Assembly: GCA_964573185.1 (NCBI GenBank)
Contig: CAZNIQ010000029.1
Span: 1 to 6,737, forward strand
Reading direction: 5' to 3'
Length of the DNA stretch: 6,737 bases
Origin: Candidatus Woesearchaeota archaeon
Lineage (GTDB): Archaea; Nanobdellota; Nanobdellia; Nanobdellales; CAZNIQ01
Below the pieces are notes generated by a model. That model did no database searches. It was not told where the DNA came from and saw only the letters and a program-made list of their open reading frames with translations. Shown here one piece after another: positions 1 through 5,458 of the stretch. Made by a program: the position numbers and the translations under genes. The first letter of the stretch is position 1. Every line of letters starts with the position of its first letter.

Positions 1-2
1 TT

Positions 3-434
3 GTAAATAGAATAACTGGAACAGCGGAACATCCAAGAGAAGTGGAAAGAGTAAGGAAAGGAATAGAATTTAAAGGAGAGATTATTTACAAACTTCTAGG
101 TTGGGGAATATTAGAAGAAAAAGATGTTTTAAATCAAGCTAAAGAGGAATTGAAAAAATTAGAGCAAGCTATCGAATATCTTATGAAATATGATTATTTA
201 GGAGGGTCAGGAACTAGGGGATACGGTAAAGTAGCACTATGGTTCGAAAAAATAGAAGTAGAATTAGATGGTAAAAAGACAGAATTAATTTTGCAAGCAG
301 ATAAAAATAGAGGAACATTCAAGATTAATGTAAAAGGAGAACAAAATGAATTAGTTAACTATCTAAAGGAATTTATGGAGAAAATATACCTAACCGCCTT
401 ACAAGAAGCAAAAGAATATGGCGAACAAATATAA
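3..434 (+). CDS. csm3: Csm3-like Cas7-family RAMP backbone subunit of a type III effector; C-terminal part only, 5' end lies left of the window
   Basis: Frame 3 is open from nt 3 to the TAA at 432-434, so the GTG at 42 in the ORF track is not the real start. The edge peptide VNRITGTAEHPREVERVRKGIEF fits the Csm3/Cmr4 pattern (D/N)R-x-TG-x-A...PR..ERV..G..F. LGGSGTRGYGKV is the C-terminal glycine-rich RAMP loop in the form typical of Csm3 (GGxGSRGxGxV). It overlaps the next cas gene by 17 nt. Confidence 0.75.
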   Translation, partial: VNRITGTAEHPREVERVRKGIEFKGEIIYKLLGWGILEEKDVLNQAKEELKKLEQAIEYLMKYDYLGGSGTRGYGKVALWFEKIEVELDGKKTELILQADKNRGTFKINVKGEQNELVNYLKEFMEKIYLTALQEAKEYGEQI

Positions 435-1443
435 AATTATTTTTTTAAGACCAAAAGAAATTACAAGATTTAGAATACAGGATGGTGTCTTTTCCGATAA
501 AACCTTACCTTATATACCAGCAGATACGATTTATTCTTTGTATTTCTCAAAACTGCTTGAAGAAGACAAGGATTTGCAAGAGCTAAACGAAAGGTTGTAT
601 AAAGATAATTATGAAGAAGATTTGGAAGACATTAAAGAAATTTTTGTAAAGGACATTCCTAAAATTACTTCAGCTTATCCATATTATGTTAAAGATAAGA
701 AAATCTATTTCTATTTACCATTAATTTTTGTAGAGGTTGATGATAAAAAATTCAGAAAAAAATGCAGAGAATATACTTCTTTTATTTCTGTTGAATATTT
801 AAATAAACTTTTGGAAAATCCAGAAAAAACTATTAAGGAAATAAAAGAATTAGAGAAAGGAGAAAAAAAGTACAAGGTTTGGGCACCAGTTAAAATAGAA
901 TTAGTTACAAGAAACACTATAAACAGAATTTCTTCAACAACAAAAGAAGAAGGATCTCTATTTTCCGAAGAATATGTATTTTGTTATAGAAAAAACGATG
1001 AAGAATTTGGATATTACTTTTTAATTGAAGAAAATGAAAAAACTGGAGAATTTTTAGAAAAAATAAGAGAATTCTTTGAGATAAGAGGCATTGGTGCCGA
1101 TAAATCAGTTTCGAATTCTGTTTTTGAACTTGATGACAAAGAAGAAATAGGGAATAAACTTAAGATTGAAGATTTTGAAGAAAAGAAGGGCGAATTATTT
1201 GAAGTTATTAATAAATTAAAAGAAGAAAAGAATGTCATCTTTCATCCATTAATAATAAATAAAAACACAAAGGATAGGATTGAAAAAGTAAAATTAAGGT
1301 TCTTAGTTATAGATGGGTATTCTATGTATCCAATAGCTTCAGATGGTTCTAAATTAAAAGAGAAAATTGAAGAACCAATAGTTATTAAAGTAAGAAGAAG
1401 ATTTCAAAATAAATTATCTTTCAGAGTTTTTTATGGGATTTAG
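418..1443 (+). CDS. csm4: Csm4-like Cas5-family RAMP subunit (the Cas10 partner) of a type III effector
   Basis: 341-aa ORF placed directly after csm3 with a 17-nt overlap. N-terminus KIIFLRPKEITRF...LPYIPADTIYSLYFSKL resembles the Csm4/Cmr3 N-terminal strand plus the hxSDTLFSAL-type helix. VTRNTINRISSTTKEEGSLFSEEYVF resembles the R..I(D/N)R...G.LF..E motif of type III Cas5-group RAMPs. IRGIGADKSVSNSVFEL is a weak glycine-rich loop. RAMP membership is fairly secure; the Csm4 versus Cmr3/Csx10 choice is less so. Confidence 0.6.
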   Translation: MANKYKIIFLRPKEITRFRIQDGVFSDKTLPYIPADTIYSLYFSKLLEEDKDLQELNERLYKDNYEEDLEDIKEIFVKDIPKITSAYPYYVKDKKIYFYLPLIFVEVDDKKFRKKCREYTSFISVEYLNKLLENPEKTIKEIKELEKGEKKYKVWAPVKIELVTRNTINRISSTTKEEGSLFSEEYVFCYRKNDEEFGYYFLIEENEKTGEFLEKIREFFEIRGIGADKSVSNSVFELDDKEEIGNKLKIEDFEEKKGELFEVINKLKEEKNVIFHPLIINKNTKDRIEKVKLRFLVIDGYSMYPIASDGSKLKEKIEEPIVIKVRRRFQNKLSFRVFYGI

Positions 1444-1481
1444 CTAAAGAAAATCAAGATTCCTTGTAATCTAGTTTAAAG

Positions 1482-1550
1482 CAAAGGATTTCAGTGGTCG
1501 CCAACCTCTCGTCAAACCAAAGAAATCCTTTGAGTCAAGAGGTCCGCGAC
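1482..1550. other. GC-enriched self-complementary element (candidate structured RNA or switch) upstream of the mini-array; function and strand unknown
   Basis: By hand count about 34 G+C in 69 nt, against clearly AT-rich flanks. Helix 1: 1482-1492 CAAAGGATTTC pairs perfectly with 1522-1532 GAAATCCTTTG (11 bp). Helix 2: 1497-1501 GTCGC with 1546-1550 GCGAC, plus 1504-1509 ACCTCT with 1538-1543 AGAGGT (5+6 bp around a 2x2 internal loop). The 5' strand of helix 2 lies inside the loop of helix 1, so the helices are either pseudoknotted or mutually exclusive. Confidence 0.35.
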
Positions 1551-1612
1551 TTTAAAAATGATGATCAAAGAAATAACATTTTTATAACTTGGAAGCAGAT
1601 TAAATAAATAGG

Positions 1613-1783
1613 GTTTAAAATAAATTGGAAATATTGAAGGTCAATATAAGTTGAGAAGGTGCTTATTTCTTCGTGAAGCTTATGTTTAAAATAAATTAGA
1701 AATATTGAAGCTATCTTTTTAGAAGATAATACAATGCTAAAATGTGTGAACAAATCGTTTAAAATAGATTGGAAATATTGGAG
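1613..1783 (+). CRISPR. CRISPR mini-array: three 27-nt direct repeats and two spacers
   Basis: Repeat 1 is 1613-1639, GTTTAAAATAAATTGGAAATATTGAAG. Repeat 2 is 1684-1710, with one mismatch (G to A at repeat position 15). Repeat 3 is 1757-1783, with two mismatches (positions 11 and 25, both A to G). Periods are 71 and 73 nt. The intervening segments 1640-1683 (44 nt) and 1711-1756 (46 nt) are largely unrelated to each other. The array lies between cas genes. The GTTT 5' end and ATTGAAG 3' end resemble the GTT...ATTGAAA(G/C) repeat class, which suggests + orientation; increasing degeneracy to the right fits a leader on the left. Only three repeats, so statistical support is limited. Confidence 0.7.
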
Positions 1784-1784
1784 T

Positions 1785-1814
1785 GTTTCAAATATCTTTA
1801 AGGAATTATAAAAG
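1785..1814 (+). repeat. Degenerate copy of the CRISPR repeat abutting repeat 3, with only 1 nt between them
   Basis: GTTTCAAATATCTTTAAGGAATTATAAAAG aligns with the 27-nt repeat at 21 of 27 repeat positions if a 3-nt insertion after position 14 is allowed. It shares the GTTT start and the AAG end. Aligned by hand in AT-rich DNA, so support is moderate to weak. Confidence 0.35.
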
Positions 1815-2092
1815 CTATTAAAGGAAACTTCTAATATCAGGTACGAGAACTTGTTGATAAGCGTAAGCTTGAGAAGATGAAGCAGATAGTAAATAAAGTG
1901 ATACAGGAGCACTGGTGTCTATTTAAGATGTTAGATAAGTCTAGAAGAATTATTTGGACAATTAAAGATTTGTGTAGATAGGTTTGGTTTTAGACCTTAT
2001 AGTTGGGACAGGCTGAGGTCCATCGTATATAATGCCTTCTACTTTAGCCGAGATCCCATTGATATAATTTCTATGATATAGTAACACTCTAC

Positions 2093-2119
2093 GTTTAAAA
2101 TAATAAGGAATAAAATGTA
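2093..2119 (+). repeat. Possible decayed CRISPR repeat remnant near the csm5 start
   Basis: GTTTAAAATAATAAGGAATAAAATGTA matches the repeat at 16 of 27 positions ungapped, including the first 11 in a row (GTTTAAAATAA) and the central GGAA. It conflicts with the 65-codon minus-strand ORF 1962-2159 that reads through it. Confidence 0.3.
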
Positions 2120-2195
2120 ATACTTTCGCTTTGCAATATGCTCCATCCGTTTTCATCAAATAAATTATTTTTAAAAAGTAGAATAAATATTTATT

Positions 2196-3038
2196 ATGGA
2201 AGTTTTTCTGTTAAGAGGAATTATTCTTTCTCCAGTACATATAACTGGTTTAACTAAACAAAACATACAAAGGAAATACCAAAAGAGAATATTAAATGTT
2301 AAAAGAGAATTTGAAAGAATAGTAGGAAAAAGAAAGGATATCGGGGAATATTTTAAGAAAATAGAAGAAAAATTAAATGATTTGATGAGATTTGCTGGAG
2401 ATTGGAGGGAGTTTATAAAAGATGGTAACGGTAATCCATATATTCCCGGTTCTTCTTTAAAAGGTTCTTTTGCTTCAGGAATAGAACATTATAAAAATTG
2501 GAAATTAGAAGATGAAATAAGAAAAAGTGCTTTCCAAAATATTGGATTTAGAGATGCTTATTTAAGAAAAGAGGATTTAACGAAGGCAGATATTGTTATT
2601 TCTAGAAATAGAATTTTGGATAATGTTGAGGTTCTAAAACCTGGAACGAAATTTGAAACTGAAATGATCTATAAAGAAAATAATTTATTAAAAATAGAAG
2701 AGGTTTTTGTTTATCCGACTCTAAAAACCTTGAAAATAGTTGATTTAATAATTAAAAAAGGCAAGGAAAATTTGTTACCAGGGGAAGTAACTGGGTATTA
2801 CAATAAATACATAAGCAAATTTGGAAATGATTTTAACAAAGAAAAATTAGAAGAGAAATATAAATTTGTAAGAAATGAAGGTCTAATTATCAGATTAGGA
2901 AAATATACTGGAAAGTTATGTAAAGTTACATTACAGTCTTTTGAAAGTGTCTATAAAGAGAGTTTGGAAAGGGGAAGATACATTGGAAGGGTAGCGTTAA
3001 ACCTTTTAATGGGGTTCGTAAAAATAGAAATAAAATGA
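2196..3038 (+). CDS. csm5: Csm5-like RAMP (Cas7-group) subunit of a type III effector
   Basis: 280-aa ORF with ILSPVHITG near the N-terminus (Csm5-type P-h-H-I-G motif). NPYIPGSSLKGSFASGI is the RAMP IPGSShKG motif. FRDAYL and LKPGTKFETEMIY follow, then IIRLGKYTGKLCKVT (RhGxxxG glycine loop) and an LLMGFVKIEI C-terminus, in the same order as in Csm5 proteins. A 4-nt ATGA overlap links it to cas10. RAMP membership is high confidence; the Csm5 versus Cmr1-like choice is moderate. Confidence 0.6.
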   Translation: MEVFLLRGIILSPVHITGLTKQNIQRKYQKRILNVKREFERIVGKRKDIGEYFKKIEEKLNDLMRFAGDWREFIKDGNGNPYIPGSSLKGSFASGIEHYKNWKLEDEIRKSAFQNIGFRDAYLRKEDLTKADIVISRNRILDNVEVLKPGTKFETEMIYKENNLLKIEEVFVYPTLKTLKIVDLIIKKGKENLLPGEVTGYYNKYISKFGNDFNKEKLEEKYKFVRNEGLIIRLGKYTGKLCKVTLQSFESVYKESLERGRYIGRVALNLLMGFVKIEIK

Positions 3039-5458
3039 TTAGCCATAAAGATTTAATTTTAGGAGCTTTATTACATGATATAGGGAAAGCTTTAGTGGAC
3101 TTTAGAGTTCAAAACTATACAGATTTTCATTTACACCCAAATGATAATTTTGATAGATTAATATGGAAATTGGAAAATATTTGGCGAGTTTTAAAGAATA
3201 ATGATATTATAGATCCTTTTATTGTAAAATGTATTTTGTTTCATCATTGGTTAAATCAATCTATAAATTTTGTAGCAAATTTAATCAATGGTACAAATAT
3301 TTCCAATGATGAAAAGAATTTGTTATTATCCTATTTTAAAGAAATAAAACCAGATGAAAAAGAATTGCTGGAAATTATTTCAAAAGTTGATAAAGTTATT
3401 TCAGATGAAACAAGAGAAGAATCAAGTGGAAATAATGTGAAAATAATCTATCCATGGAGTATTTTCAAAAAAGAAAAATATAGCTATATGTATGGGCTTA
3501 AAGATATTCTAAATACAAGATTTAAAGATATTCCAATAGATATGAATGAATATAGAAAAGAATGGTTAAAAAAATATCAAAAAGATTTCCTAAAAGAATT
3601 AAAATTAGCTTATAAGTTAAAAAATCCAAATGTAATTCTTTTAGTTTTATACAAATATTTATTTTTCTTTCCAGAATCTTTAAAAGACTTAAATGAAGTA
3701 TCTCTGGCTCATCATTTAAAATATACAGCTTTGTTAGCAGATCTTTATTATAAAGAAGTAAAAGAAGGAAAAAACACTTATTTAATTATAATAGATATTG
3801 TAGGTACACACAAATTTATTAATTCATTGCTGAGAGATAAAAAAGAAATTGGAGAGAGAGGAAAATATTTACAAAAAATAAATGCGGGATCTAGATTTGT
3901 AGAGATTTTAACAGCTTTAGTTATAGCTAAAGTCTTAGAAAAATCAAAATCTTATATTACCAATATTATCAATCTCTCTACAAATGGTGCAGTACTTTTA
4001 GTTGCTCTCTCTAAAGAAGAAAAAGAGAAGATAGAAGAATGGGTTAAGGACTTAAACAACGTTTTACTTAAATTAACTCTAGGACAGTTGTATGTTTCTA
4101 TTTATTTTGAAAGTATTAAAGAAAAGTTAGGAACGACTATTGAGAAAATTATAAATGAAGGACGAGTAGGAAAGCTTATTGAATGGTTATTTAAAGATAG
4201 AAATAAAGAATTAAGTGAAAGAAAAGAGAAATTGGAAGATCTAGAATTTAAATACTTAGACAAAGAAAAATTAATACTGGATATCGAAAGAGCGAAAAAC
4301 GATTACGAACAATTTATAGATCAACTATTAAGAATTCTTGGAAGGTGGATTTATAGAGACAAACCAATTACAAAAATATCAAAGGAACTGTTTGACGTTT
4401 TATTTCTGGGAAAACTTGAAGAAATTCCTGATTTTGAAATAGTTTCATGGGAAATAATTTTAGATGAAGGAATAGAAAAAGTAAATATAGAAAAAGAAAT
4501 AGTTGTACCGTTGTTTTTAAGAAATGGTAGAGAAACCAAGGAGTTAAGAGATATAGTAATAAAAAAACTCGATGAATTAAACATACCAGAAGATATTAAA
4601 AGAGAGGTAAAAGAGTATGGAATTTCTTTTGATGTCTTAAAATCTGCAAGAGATTTTAGAAGAATTGGAATACTTAAAATAGATGGTGATAAGGTTGGAA
4701 AACTATTTTCAGAATGGTTAAAAGACGAATTAACAAAAAAAGAATATTCTTTGATTGTTCTAGCATATCTTTCTGAAATCCTACAATTCGCGTTTAAGTA
4801 TGTAACTTTAGACATAGCAGAAAAAATTAACCGTAATAACATAGATTCTTTGGCTTTTGTATTTGTAGTTTATTCTTCAGGAGACGAACTAACAGTAGTT
4901 GGAGATATAGAGGAATTATTAGAATATTATAGAGAATTTATTAAGAAAAAGAAAAAAATATTGTTTGATATTATAAAAACATCTGCAGCTTTTGCTTATG
5001 TACACTACAAACATCCATTTAGATTTGTTTATGAAAAAATGAATGAATTGGTTGAAAAAGCTAAAGAAAATAAAGATGTGGAAACATTCGAAATATATTT
5101 ATCATTGACAGATACTATTAATATTCAAGAAAAAGTGACTTTGGGGTGTTGTTTTGAAACTTGGTTAAGTAGAACATATTCATACGTAAAGCTAATTGAA
5201 GATAGAAAATTACCAAGGACAAGAATTACCAACATGGAAATGATAATTGAAAGGATTTTAGAAGAATTAAAAAAAGATAAAGCATCTAGTGTCATATATT
5301 TAGTATATTATGCATCAAAAGATTATGAAGAGTACTTTAAGGATTTATTAAATGAAATTAAAAAGAAATTCTCACTAGAAAATAAAGAAGAAACTATGGA
5401 AATGCTGAATTATTGGTTGTCTATCTTTGATTATGTTAAGACTGTTACAAGATCATAG
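3035..5458 (+). CDS. cas10: Cas10 (Csm1-like) type III large subunit with N-terminal HD nuclease domain and Palm/cyclase domains
   Basis: 807-aa ORF. GALLHDIGK holds the HD motif (His-Asp codons at 3074-3079). VSLAHHLKYTALLADLYY matches the Cas10 SLyDH..tTAaiA motif. IIIDIVGTHKFI (Asp codon 3794-3796) matches the D-h-S-G-I-Q-x-F-I motif. ILKIDGDKVGKLF (4682-4690 = DGD) matches the Palm2 hLkaDhDnhG motif. VVYSSGDELTVVG (4877-4888 = SGDE) sits where the GGDD cyclase motif belongs. SAAFAYVHYKHPF matches the SAGh...k.P motif. Confidence 0.9.
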   Translation: MISHKDLILGALLHDIGKALVDFRVQNYTDFHLHPNDNFDRLIWKLENIWRVLKNNDIIDPFIVKCILFHHWLNQSINFVANLINGTNISNDEKNLLLSYFKEIKPDEKELLEIISKVDKVISDETREESSGNNVKIIYPWSIFKKEKYSYMYGLKDILNTRFKDIPIDMNEYRKEWLKKYQKDFLKELKLAYKLKNPNVILLVLYKYLFFFPESLKDLNEVSLAHHLKYTALLADLYYKEVKEGKNTYLIIIDIVGTHKFINSLLRDKKEIGERGKYLQKINAGSRFVEILTALVIAKVLEKSKSYITNIINLSTNGAVLLVALSKEEKEKIEEWVKDLNNVLLKLTLGQLYVSIYFESIKEKLGTTIEKIINEGRVGKLIEWLFKDRNKELSERKEKLEDLEFKYLDKEKLILDIERAKNDYEQFIDQLLRILGRWIYRDKPITKISKELFDVLFLGKLEEIPDFEIVSWEIILDEGIEKVNIEKEIVVPLFLRNGRETKELRDIVIKKLDELNIPEDIKREVKEYGISFDVLKSARDFRRIGILKIDGDKVGKLFSEWLKDELTKKEYSLIVLAYLSEILQFAFKYVTLDIAEKINRNNIDSLAFVFVVYSSGDELTVVGDIEELLEYYREFIKKKKKILFDIIKTSAAFAYVHYKHPFRFVYEKMNELVEKAKENKDVETFEIYLSLTDTINIQEKVTLGCCFETWLSRTYSYVKLIEDRKLPRTRITNMEMIIERILEELKKDKASSVIYLVYYASKDYEEYFKDLLNEIKKKFSLENKEETMEMLNYWLSIFDYVKTVTRS

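Noticed and set aside
42-44. GTG at 42 as the start of the first ORF
   Set aside because: The frame is open back to nt 3, and the upstream residues (VNRITGTAEHPRE) already form part of the Csm3 motif. The gene therefore begins left of the window.
711-1238. Minus-strand ORFs 711..917 (68 aa) and 1014..1238 (74 aa) antisense to csm4
   Set aside because: The peptides are low-complexity and S/F/L/I-rich, as expected from the complement of GAA/AAA/AAG-rich codons. They lie fully inside a well-supported + strand gene and have no recognisable motifs.
1558-1564. ATGATGA resembling a C box of an archaeal C/D box sRNA
   Set aside because: No CTGA D box, C'/D' pair or terminal stem within the following 60 nt or so; a single heptamer in AT-rich DNA is not evidence.
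1843-1850. ACGAGAAC, identical to the 8-nt crRNA tag of staphylococcal/streptococcal type III-A repeats
   Set aside because: It occurs once, is not part of any repeated unit here, and differs from the local repeat end (ATTGAAG); judged coincidental.
1565-1912. Minus-strand ORF of 115 aa spanning the mini-array
   Set aside because: It reads straight through the three repeats. The recurring LQYFQSILN / LQYFQFILN peptides are just translated repeats 3 and 1, and the composition is low-complexity. The CRISPR interpretation explains the periodicity better.
1550-1967. Further weak repeat-like segments at about 1550-1576, 1853-1882 and 1942-1967
   Set aside because: Each matches only about half of the repeat positions (for example 15 of 27 ungapped at 1853-1882) or needs several gaps. 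Their spacing is irregular, and I cannot separate them from AT-rich background by eye.
1962-1975. Reverse complement ACACAAATCTTTAA resembling the spacer 2 / repeat 3 junction (GAACAAATCGTTTAA, 1748-1762)
   Set aside because: The match is only 7+5 nt with a gap, is A/T-rich, and has no supporting extension on either side.
4351-4842. Minus-strand ORF of 163 aa antisense to cas10
   Set aside because: It shows the same antisense-of-Lys/Glu-codon artefact (S/F/I/L-rich, no motifs). The cas10 frame carries clear family motifs across this stretch, including the Palm2 DGD.
756-4958. A7 homopolymer runs in coding sequence (756-762 and 863-869 in csm4, 4952-4958 in cas10) as possible slippage or phase-variation sites
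   Set aside because: Runs of this length are expected from Lys (AAA/AAG)-rich coding in an AT-rich genome. All three are in frame, with no sign of a frameshifted continuation.
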